Shown here piece after piece: positions 13,765-25,003 of a stretch of DNA of 64,000 nucleotides. The number at the start of each line of letters is the position of its first letter. Position 1 is the first letter of the stretch. The notes below the pieces were generated by a model. The model was not told the DNA's origin. It saw only the letters and a program-made list of their open reading frames with translations, and ran no database searches. Source of the DNA: Macrostomum hystrix (Eukaryota > Animalia > Platyhelminthes); contig CATNEN010000038.1 of assembly GCA_950097015.1 (NCBI GenBank), positions 31,620,001 to 31,684,000 on the forward strand, written 5' to 3'. The translations under genes and the position numbers were made by a program.

Positions 13765-16700
13765 ATGGATAGTAATAGTACCGGTCAGCCCGAAAGCCAA
13801 AAGTCTGCATTCGCAGCTTATTCGCGACCTCCATCGGCTTCATCTGGCTCAACTTCAGCCACCACTTCTTCAACTTCATCATCGTCGTCGTCTTCCGCTG
13901 CGAATTATTGTTATTCCTTGCAGCAGCAAAACCAATGGCAATGCCAGCAGCAGCATTTACAGAACCATCCTAGCTACAACTATTATCAACACCAGCATTA
14001 CTATCCTAATCCTTATCCCATGCCGCCGCAGCAGATCCAACTGCCGTCCCTGCAGCACAAATGGAACCGCTATTGGCAAGATTGGCAGCACTATTACGCG
14101 CACAATTATCCTATGCCAATACAGGCGCCGAGTTTGTTGGCTAGTCCAGCGGCTAGTCCTGTAATTCGAATGATGCCGATTCCACCATTTGAACCGCCGC
14201 AAATTCAGCATCAGCAGCAGCGGAGCCTGCAACATCTGCAAGGACAGGCTCGATTTTCTGGCACTAGTGGTAGAAGCAGCCTACCAATGATAATGCCGCG
14301 TAGCGGAAGACCTCAGCAACAGCAGCAGCAGCAGCAACAGCAGCAGCAAAACCAGAGGCGTCGCACGAGCCAACTAGCGCCGAATCAAAATCAGCATCGC
14401 GGCCAACAGCGAAGCCAAGGGAGGCGGGCATCCTCAGTTAATATTGGCGCCGCGTATCTGAGTCCGATGATGGCTGTGGAGCCATTGGACCTAAGCGTGC
14501 GCAGCAGAGACAATAATACGACTGCTGCCAACACTGACACGGACTCTACTTCCTTGGTTTCGAATAGTTCGGCTCCAGTTGAGCAGCACACTGATGGACC
14601 ATCGCAATCCGCTGTCCAGTTGTGAGTTCGAAATGCTTTTTTAAGCCACGTTCTTTGGTTGTTGCCCGAATTTTGTGGAAAGTTTTAAAGTACTTCTAAT
14701 CCTCTGATCCTTTCTTTAAGAAGCAGGAAATCCCATCCCATAATCCAAACTGCTCATTCCTTGGGAATTAGGAAATCCCATCCCATAATCCAAACTGCTC
14801 ATTCCGTGGAAAGCAGGAAATCCCATCCCATAATCCAAACTGCTCATTCCGTGGAAAGCAGGAAATCCCATCCCATAATCCAAACTGCTCATTCCGTGGG
14901 ATTTAGGAAATCCCATCCCATAATCCAAACTGCTCATTCCGTGGGACTTAGGAAATCCCACCCTATAATCCAAACTGCTCATTCCGTGGAAAGCAGGAAA
15001 TCCCATCCCATAATCCAAACTGCTCATTCCGTGGGAATCAGGAAATCCCATCCCATAATCCAAGGTGCTCATTCCTTGGGAAGCAGGAAATCCCATCCCA
15101 TAATCCAAACTGCTCATTCCGTGGAAAGCAGGAAATCCCATCCCATAATCCAAACTGCTCATTCCGTGGAAAGCAGGAAATCCCATCCCATAATCCAAAC
15201 TGCTCATTCCGTGGAAAGCAGGAAATCCCATCCCATAATACAAACTGCTCATTCCGTGGAAAGCAGGAAATCCCATCCCATAATCCAAACTGCTCATTCC
15301 TTGGGAATTAGGAAATCCCATCCCATAATCCAAACTGCTCATTCCTTGGGAATCAGGAAATCCCATCCCATAATCCAAACTGCTCATTCCTTGGGAATTA
15401 GAAAATCCCATTCCATAATCCAAACTGCTCATTCCGTGGAAAGCAGGAAATCCCATCCCATAATCCAAACTGCTCATTCCGTGGAAAGCAGGAAATCCCA
15501 TCCCATAATCCAAACTGCTCATTCCTTGGGAATTAGAAAATCCCATTCCATAATCCAAACTGCTCATTCCGTGGAAAGCAGGAAATCCCATCCCATAATC
15601 CAAACTGCTCATTCCGTGGAAAGCAGGAAATCCCATCCCATAATCCAAACTGCTCATTCCGTGGGAATTAGAAAATCCCATTCCATAATCCAAACTGCTC
15701 ATTCCGTGGAAAGCAGGAAATCCCATCCCATAATCCAAACTGCTCATTCCTTGGGAATTAGAAAATCCCATTCCATAATCCAAACTGCTCATTCCTTGGG
15801 AATCAGGAAATCCCATCCCATAATCCAAACTGCTCATTCCGTGGAAAGCAGGAAATCCCATCCCATAATCCAAACTGCTCATTCCGTGGAAAGCAGGAAA
15901 TCCCATCCCAAAATCTATTGATCCTTCAGTAGGAAGCAAGAAATCCCCATCACTCACTGATCCTTCCTTATAAAGCAAGGAATCCTCATCCCATAACTCA
16001 TTGATCGTCATTCTTTGCAAGGCATACGCCTCAAACAGTTGAGGCCCCAAACGCATCGTTTGCTACTAAGAAGGCTTGGCTAAACAAATGGTCCGAACAG
16101 CAGATGGAGAGACTGCAAATGCCGCCACCGCCTCCGCCTCCACCGCTGCCTGAACCTGAGAAGCAGCAGCAGCAGCAGCAGCACAAACAGCGCATCTCGC
16201 CTGATGAGGTAGAATATAAGCTTTTTAATTAACAGCTACTTAAAAAATATTTTTTTCAAGTCACTTAAATCTATAAAGAGAGATAAAAATTTCCCTAACA
16301 GAAATCTCAGCCGTCGCGAAAACGCCAGTCGATCGACCCTAGCGATCTACTGTCGTCTAGCCGTGAAGAATCGCCAGGCTTAATTGCTGTTGAACAGTCT
16401 AGAAAGCGGATGAGCTTGTCTACAGTTCCAGAAGCAACTAGTACCGCAGCAGCAGCGACAAGTGGTGAGTTCTTTCTTTCTAAAATCGTTTTTACAATCA
16501 TTTTTTTCAATTAAACCTAAAGACAACATAAATAGACTCAATTTTTCACCTACAGGCCCAACCGAAGTCACGTGCGTGCCAAAGCCGATAATAGCTCTGC
16601 AGGGCAACACCTGTCAGGAGTTGGCTAGCAACCAGTTGCCTATGTGCCGCAATTGCAGACTTTTGCAACCTACGTGCTGCAGATTTAAGTGGTTTAGAAA

Positions 16701-19700
16701 GTAAGTCAATTATGCAAGGAAATTTAGAATACCAGTAAATTAATATACAATCCCTGCAACAATTTAAAATCCCGATAATAATTAAAAAACATGGTAACAT
16801 ATCTAGGGTCCCCGAAAAAATCTAGAATCCCCATAACTATATAGAATCCCCATAACCATCTAAACTCCTAATAACAATCTTAAAATCCCCTTATCCCCTG
16901 AATGATCTAGAATCCCCAGAATAGTCTATAGAATCGCCGTTAACGATCTAGGATCTATAATCCCCGATCACTTAATCTCGGTATCCTAAAATCCTTTTAA
17001 CAACAATGTGGTATTAAAAATATTTATGTATATATTACATCTGCCTAAATCGGGCCAGATGTGCAGCCCGCAGCACAGCCGCAGCTATTGCGCGGCGCAT
17101 CTGAAGGCTGCGTGCGGCTGTTCAGTCCATGGACTGGGGCAACGCCACACCCACCCACAATTACACCAGCTATTGCTGGTACCCATTTAACAGCTGGGTT
17201 AACTGGAAAATGCACAACTAAGCGTCTTGCTAAATGACACAGTCGGAAATCGAACCCTGACCTTTTAGTGTTGAGTCCGATGCTCTAACAATTAGGTTAC
17301 AACCCACTACTCAAATACATAGAATTTGAAAACGAACTCAAAAAAGGAATTTTTTGGAAGTTACTGAAATAGGATCCTTGGAAAAAATTACTTAACGTCA
17401 TTTCCTCAATTGGGATTTTAGATCGAATTCTAAAATGGGATTCATAACATATGTAATTATTAAACCTAATCGTTGATCCCACAGGCTGCGCTTATCACAG
17501 GGCGTTCTGACAGCAGTCGGTTTCAGCTCCCTGGCGGATGTGCCGCCATCAGAAGCGAATAGTCAACGGTCAAACTCGTCGACATTGTTAATACTGAAGC
17601 CTAGCGTCGCTGTATACCTGTACCAGTTGTCTCTGCTACTGGAGCCGCTACGGCAGCTGCTACAGCGAGAGTCCGACGCCATCGCCAACTGGAAAGGCGA
17701 CAGTCGTCAGGCGACAACTGCGCGCAGTACTCTGCTGTGGCGTTGGCGCGAGAGGACACAGCCGGCGGCATCGGGCACGGAACAGCCGCGTTTAGAGTAA
17801 CTCTTTGGAACTGGATGGGATGGGATCTGGATGGAATACCTCAGTTGGGATCTGGATGGGATATGCCAGTTGGGATCTGGATGGGATAGCTCATTTGGGA
17901 TTTGGCTAGGATAGCTAAGTTGGGATCTGGATGGGATATGCCATAAGGGATCTGGATGAGTGAATAGTTGGGATCTGAATGGGATGGGATAGGTTGTTGG
18001 GATCTGGATGGGATTGGATTGTTCAGTTTGGATTAGGATAAAAAAATACCGGGCAGAATTAGAGCGAGGTGAGAACCGACAGTGAGTTCGAAGATAATTT
18101 TAACAGCCGAGAGTGCAGAGGATCGAAGAGGCATGAAATTCGCAACAGGTGGTATCTGAATAGACGGAAAAATATTTGGGATCGGGGTGGGAAAATAGTT
18201 GAGATCTAGATAGGAAAATAATGGGATCTGGATTGACGAATAGCTGGGATCTGGAGGCGAAAATTCAGTATTCAGTGAGGATAGCTCAGTTGGGATCTGA
18301 ATGGTATATTTATGTTTGGGATAATAATTGCAATTGGCAGTTTACAGTCTGAGTTCATCAGTGATCACCGCGCAAACTTTTAGCTATTCTCAACGATTTT
18401 TTTCAGTTCGAATCCGAGCTCAGATGACTCCAGCTCGGCCTTGACCATCCCGCAATCTGCAGCAGAGACAGATCGGTCACCAGCGCCAGAAGAGGAGCTC
18501 TGTAGCAGGTGTCACAGCCTCCAGTTCAGCGCCCACCTGTGCTGCACTGAGTGCGGCTATTCTCTATGCATCACCTGCGCTGCTCAGCTAGCCAATCACT
18601 ATTCGCTTGATCAAGGTAAGGCCCACTTTGTTGCTAAGGCGAATCTTAAGGCGGATAGTCGCCAATCCAATGTCACGCAGTCTCCAATCCTTTACCATAG
18701 AGGATCGCCGATACTTTACCATAGAGGATCGCCGACTAAATACGTGTACCATAGAGAATCGAACTGTTTCGATTAAAAATTATCCCAACACAGTTACATC
18801 GCTAACTTCGCCTCAATTTAAAAAACTCGATTCGAAGGCGAATCGAATGACGAAGGTTGTCCTGCGTGGCGTCATTCGCCTGACAGGATGAAAGCTGCCT
18901 GTATGATACCGCCGGATGTTCTTCGCAATCTGTACAGTCGGGCCGTTCAATTAGCGGGTGCTTCGTCAGCTACACCTAGTGCTAAGACTACTGATGAATC
19001 TACGTCTACGTCAACTGGGCGATTGGCGCTACCATTGTCATCGCTAGCCGATTTTCAAGCTCTATGGATCAAACGAGCGCCTATTGTGTTAACAGACTGT
19101 TTCAAACTAGACTCTACAAAATCTGGATCTAGCAGGTGTGAATCTACCTGATTGTAATTTTTAGAGTTACTGAGGATAATCTTGAAGGAGCTGAATGTTA
19201 TGCTAGACAGAGTGTCTGAGATAATCCTAGAGTAGCTGAGGATAATCCTAAAGGAACTGAAGATTATACTAGAGTAGCTGAGGATAATCCTAAAGGAACT
19301 GAAGATTATACTAGAGTAGCTGAGGATAATCCTAAAGGAACTGAAGATTATACTGGAGTAGCTGAGGATAATCCTAAAGGAACTGAAGATTATACTAGAG
19401 TAGCTGAGGATAATCCTAAAGGAACTGAAGATTATACTAGAGTAGCTGAGGATAATCCTAAAGGAACTGAAGATTATACTAGAGTAGCTGAGGATAATCC
19501 TAAAGGAACTGAAGATTATACTGGAGTAGCTGAGGATAATCCTAAAGGAACTGAAGATTATACTAGAGTAGCTGAGGATAATCCTAAAGGAACTGAAGAT
19601 TATGCTAGAGTAGCTGAGGATAATCCTAAAAGAACAGAAGATTATGCTAGAGTAGCTGAGGATAATCCTAAAAGAACAGAAGATTATGCTAGAGTAGCTG

Positions 19701-22700
19701 AGGATAATCCTAAAGGAACTGAAGATTATACTATCCAAGTAGCTGAGGATAATCCTAAAGGAACTGAAGATTATACTAGAGTTGCTGAGGATAATCCTAA
19801 AGGAACTGAAGATTATACTAGAGTAGCTGAGGATAATCCTAAAGGAACTGAAGATTATACTAGAGTTGCTGAGGATAATCCTAAAGGAACTGAAGATTAT
19901 ACTAGAGTAGCTGAGGATAATCCTAAAAGAACAGAAGATTATACTAGAGTAGCTGAGGATAACCCTAAAGGACCTGAGGATAACCCTAAAGGACCTGAGG
20001 ATAACCCTAAAGGACCTGAGGATAATACTAGACAAGCTGAGGACCCGAAGTTCAGACTAGAGCTTGAAGTTTTGAGTATTTTCTAATTTCTAATTACCAA
20101 AATGATAAATTAATGTGTTAAGTTATTAAATGCATAACCAATTATTTATTTTTCTCTGCAAAAGCGTTGGCGGCGGCAGCGGCAGTTGGCTAAGTCTGCC
20201 GCGTCAATGTGCCAATGCGACCCTCTTAAACTGCACCATTGGGCGCCAGCAAGTTCCACCCAGCCAGTCACCCGAAGAAATCTTCTGGCGTCGTCAGGCG
20301 TCGTGCGAAGCCGACCCGGACGACGGCGGCGGTTTTCTATACTGCCTGCAGCAATGGCCTGCGCCCGGCGATGTGGCGACTCTACTGCGGGCCCTGTTGC
20401 CCGAGTATACCAGGTGAGCGATTGTGATTGAGCGGAAAATTTTAGTCGGTGTTATAAATATTACAAATTTTCATGCGACTTGTTAGATATTTTCATAGAT
20501 ACGGAAAAAATAAAATTTTGGGTATTCAAAATACAGCTGCGTGAACTGAAGCAATGCATAGTTAAGTGTTCAGCTAACAAGGACACACATTGTTCCAGTG
20601 GAGTTGGAAATCGAACCCCGGACCTACAATTCTTGAATCCGACTACAAAAGCCTCAGGAATTTCGAAGTTCATTATTTCCAATTTAATAAGGGGGTCGGT
20701 GGCAGAGCGGTTAACGTTTCTGCCTCTCGCACCAAGGTCCCTAAGTTCGCTTCCACGGCGAGGCCACATTTATTTCGGGTGCAGCCGTGGAGAGAAGGCT
20801 TGGGGGCTTGTCGTGCAATTTACGCCCTTGATGGGCCAACCTTAAAGGCACAGTGAGAGTGTACACTGCCAGACGATGAGAAAGTCAGGGCAGATGTACA
20901 CACCTGTGTGAGCGTATGCCTGCGCACAGTACCTGTGTGCGTGTGTGCTCAGGAGTCATCGAAATGGGTAGAGCCCGCAGCCAATATTAATATTATTTCC
21001 AATTTAATAGAATATGCAATACGAAATCCCACTTAAAAATCCCTATTTAACTACATAGTTAAATCATAGATTAGTAATTTCCTAAAGAATGTTTGACCCA
21101 CTTCCCAGTCCACAGGGCGCCTTCAACCTGGGCTCGCGAGCCAATTCAACAGCCTCCTCGCATCTGATTAGCGGCCACTCTGGCAGCCAATGCGAGCTGC
21201 GCATTAGTCCACGTGACCTGGTCAGCCTGGCCCTGCTACCGCCGGCTGGCTGCCCTGACAATACCGAGGCGTCATTGGCGGCCGTGTGGCACGTGTTCGC
21301 GCCTGAGACTCTGCCGCTGCTGCGAGAACAGATGCGCCTAATGGAACTGCAGGACATAAGGTGAGGAAGCAAATAGCTGATTGGTTTGGTGCCGAGAGTT
21401 ATCCCAACTTTATGATCAACTGTCTTATTTCATATTTTAGGATACTTGGGGGATTTGGGGATCTGGACTCACCTCATTCCCAATTCTGTTTGCAATGAGA
21501 TTTGGGGATCTGGACTCACCTCATTCCCAATTCTGTTTTCAATGAGATTTGGGGATCTGGATTCACCTCATTCCCAATTCTGTTTTCAATGAGATTTGGG
21601 GATCTGGACTCACCTCATTCCCAATTCTGTCTTCAATGAGATTTGGGGATCTGGACTCACCTCATTCCCAATTCTGTCTTCAATGAGATTTGGGGATCTG
21701 GACTCACCTCATTCCCAATTCTGTCTTCAATGAGATTTGGGGATCTGGACTCACCTCATTCCCAATTCTGTCTTCAATGGGATTTGGGGATCTGGACTCA
21801 CCTCATTCCCAATTCTGTCTTCAATGAGATTTGGGGATCTGGACTCACCTCATTCCCAATTCTGTCTTCAATGAGATTTGGGGATCTGGACTCACCTCAT
21901 TCCCAATTCTGTCTTCAATGAGATTTGGGGATCTGGACTCACCTCATTCCCAATTCTGTCTTCAATGAGATTTGGGGATCTGGACTCACCTCATTCCCAA
22001 TTCTGTCTTCAATGAGATTTGGGGATCTGGACTCACCTCATTCCCAATTCTGTCTTCAATGAGATTTGGGGATCTGGACTCACCTCATTCCCAATTCTGT
22101 CTTCAATGAGATTTGGGGATCTGGACTCACCTCATTCCCAATTCTGTCTTCAATGAGATTTGGGGATCTGGACTCACCTCATTCCCAATTCTGTCTTCAA
22201 TGAGATTTGGGGATCTGGACTCACCTCATTCCCAATTCTGTCTTCAATGGGATTTGGGGATCTGGACTCACCTCATTCCCAATTCTGTCTTCAATGAGAT
22301 TTGGGGATCTGGACTCACCTCATTACCAATTCTGTCTTCAATGAGATTTGGGGATCTGGACTCACCTCATTCCCAATTCTGTCTTCAATGAGATTTGGAG
22401 ATCTGGACTCACCTCATTCCCAATTCTGTCTTCAATGAGATTTGGGGATCTGGACTCACCTCATTCCCAATTCTGTCTTCAATGAGATTTGGGGATCTGG
22501 ACTCACCTCATTCCCAATTCTGTCTTCAATGGGATTTGGGGATCTGGACTCACCTCATTCCCAATTCTGTCTTCAATGAGATTTGGGGATCTGGATTCAC
22601 CTCATTCCCAATTCTGTTTTCAATGAGATTTGGGGATCTGGACTCACCTCATTCCCAATTCTGTCTTCAATGAGATTTGGGGATCTGGACTCACCTCATT

Positions 22701-23428
22701 CCCAATTCTGTCTTCAATGAGATTTGGGGATCTGGACTCACCTCATTCCCAATTCTGTCTTCAATGAGATTTGGGGATCTGGACTCACCTCATTTCCAAT
22801 TCTGTCTTCAATGGGATTTGGGGATCTGGACTCACCTCATTCCCAATTCTGTCTTCAATGAGATTTGGGGATCTGGACTCGAGATTTAGGGATCTGGATT
22901 CACCCATTCTTGGGAGTAGTCTTCGACTATAATTTGGGATTTGGACTCGCCTCATTCCTGGGACTACTGTCATCGATGGGATTTGATGATCTGGACTTAT
23001 CCAATCTCTACTAGCTGCACTTTTACTGCGCCAGGTATCTCGACCAATCGGCCCTAGATCGACTGGCTCAAGCTAGCCAACTGGCGCCCATCGAACTGCG
23101 GCAGAGCTGCGGAGAGGCCGTCCTATTGCCCGCCGGATCAGTTTATCAGGTGAGCTTAAGCGCTACACAATGATCCTTAATTCAGGGCATTCTAAAATGT
23201 CATTTTTGAAGCATTGATTTTTACCATGTCACTCCATGCCGAATATTTCAGATCCGCTATCACCTGACCTGCACGCAGGCCCAGGCTTATTTCTGCAGTC
23301 CCGAGACCCTGACCCAGAGCCTCGCGCTCAGCTGGGCTGGCATCAAGGCTAGCAGTGACAGTCTTGACCTGAGCCTGCTGAACAGGGTTCAATTTCTAGT
23401 TAAAAGCCTCGAAGTGAAGCAAAACTAA
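13765..23428 (+). CDS. KDM3/JMJD1-family zinc-finger + JmjC protein, apparently catalytically inactive
   Basis: In-frame exons 13765-14621, 16022-16208, 16302-16464, 16556-16700, 17485-17796, 18407-18615, 18838-19135, 20165-20413, 21088-21360, 23035-23149, 23252-23428. KDM3-type motifs: KKAWL, LQxxxC..CRNCR..CRFKWFRKL, ELCSRC..F..H..C..CG..LC..C, LPEYTR..G.FNL.SR, AVWHVF, YLD..L.RL, Q..GEAVLLPAG, F.SPE. The start codon is less certain than the internal exons. Confidence 0.82.
14718..15915. repeat. 45-bp minisatellite, KDM3-like intron 1
   Basis: Unit AGGAAATCCCATCCCATAATCCAAACTGCTCATTCCGTGGAAAGC. Confidence 0.96.
17100..17302 (-). mobile_element. tRNA-derived CORE-like SINE, family B
   Basis: Minus strand: B box GGTTCGATTTCC followed by GCAAGACGCTTAG..CCCAGCTGTTAAATGGGTACC; shares GGCTGTTCAGTCCATGGACTGGGG with copies at 52.8 and 57.5 kb. 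Confidence 0.75.
17805..18320. repeat. Degenerate TTGGGATCTGGATGGGA repeat
   Basis: About a dozen imperfect copies of GGGATCTG(G/A)AT. Confidence 0.75.
19165..20042. repeat. 42-bp (2x21) minisatellite, KDM3-like intron
   Basis: Unit AGATTATACTAGAGTAGCTGAGGATAATCCTAAAGGAACTGA; collapses to 21-mers at the 3' end. Confidence 0.95.
20525..20650 (-). mobile_element. SINE family B fragment
   Basis: CAGCTG.GTGAACTGAAGCAATGCA.AGTTAAGTGT and AAATCGAACCC (reverse B box) match the other family B copies. Confidence 0.65.
20690..20991 (+). mobile_element. tRNA-derived SINE, family A (copy with TSD)
   Basis: A box TGGCAGAGCGG, B box GTTCGCTTCC, 18-bp direct repeat ATTATTTCCAATTTAATA at 20672-20689 and 20992-21009; body shared with copies at 37.2 kb and 56.4 kb. 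Confidence 0.85.
21450..22995. repeat. 47-bp minisatellite, KDM3-like intron
   Basis: Unit TTGGGGATCTGGACTCACCTCATTCCCAATTCTGTCTTCAATGAGAT, near-perfect copies. Confidence 0.97.
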
Positions 23429-25003
23429 CCAGTTTTTTGTATTTTACGTTAGTAGCTACTTAAAGTAGCTGAATCTAAAAAAGTCCTATCTGGATTTACA
23501 ACTATTTTTATTGACTAACTTTCAAATAAGCATTGACCAATAATTGTCTAAGTTTTCTGACATTTTTATTGTGCGATCCTTTTATTTCTATCTACCCACG
23601 TCGAACATTTATTATTCAATAACATTCTACTTCCGAGCTGCCCAAATGAATTCACTTAATTGACATTGATGACTGCGCGAAACCCTACCACAGTCCAAGC
23701 TCTCATTATTATTGGTGACTTTATGACTTTACCTTTCGAAGTAAATATGCTCATCCCATCTTATTCTGTTTACCGATTTCATTTAAGGCATGAAGTTAAT
23801 TGTTTAATTAAAACCATTTTAGTTAGCGGTATTTCCAATGATTTTTCACCTTTTAAAACTAACATTTTTCCATATTTCAACATTATTTTACCGATTCGGT
23901 TGTGCTTTTTGTTATGCATTTGATGCAGCAACACGCTGTTCGCGTGATAATTCACGACGAAATTAATGTCCTGTGTACTGAATGTGAGCTATGTATGAAT
24001 GTTACCAGCTAATTATAAATTTAACTTGAAACAAACATTCACCATTCGATTGGAAGCTATACTAATATACTTATACATAGTGGCGAATTTTGCCAACAGA
24101 GTGCACTCAAATTGCACTTTGAAAGTTTTTTGCACCTCGATCGATCGACACGTTTTATACTTCTGTCTTCGACTTCCCTCAGCTTATTAGAGTGCAGACG
24201 TAGGTAACGTATGTAAATTATTGTGCCTGCTTAATTTATCGTAAAATTACAAATTGTGCGAAGCTTTCTTAAACAGAATACGATGAACAAAAATGGAAAA
24301 ACACTAGAGTTGCAGAAAAGTAGTGAATGAATATGTTATAAAAAAGTATTTCGATACAACTGCTATTTAGTCAATAAATCAATTGATTCGATGCTAAATA
24401 ATAAGTAGTTAAGGCCCATTCATAATATCATCAAACGAGGCTGGAAAAACGATTTGGCAATCTTTTAATGACCAGCCCAGTCATTTGAACACAAAAACAT
24501 GACCACTAGAAAAATATTCAAGTGGTCCTTGTGTGAAACAAGACAAGCCCAAAAACGTTCAAATTTGAATCGGCCATTTGCTAATTTAAACAAATCGAAG
24601 TAAAAGATTTAGTAACTCTTCAAAAATCCATATACTTAAATACTAAAAAAGTTGTAACTCTTTAAAACGTTTTTATTATTAAGGTGCATTAAAAAATCTA
24701 TAATAGAAAATAACAATGGCATTTTTAGACAATTTTGATTTCTTAGTTTTTGCCTATTAAAATTAGACTGTCTTAAATATTCGGGAATTCTATAGTTGGA
24801 GTAGAACGTTATTTAAATATTGGCATTAGAAATTTAACGTTTAATCTCTTTTGCTTTATAGACTTAGTCTTTTTAACTTTCCATACTTCAGTGGTTAGGT
24901 ACTTTTACTAACTGTAATAATAAACAAGCTAATTAATCATTATCTCTAATCGTCTAATTGCTCTGTTCTGATTTTGCGCGTTAATTTTTCATAAGCTAAC
25001 AGC

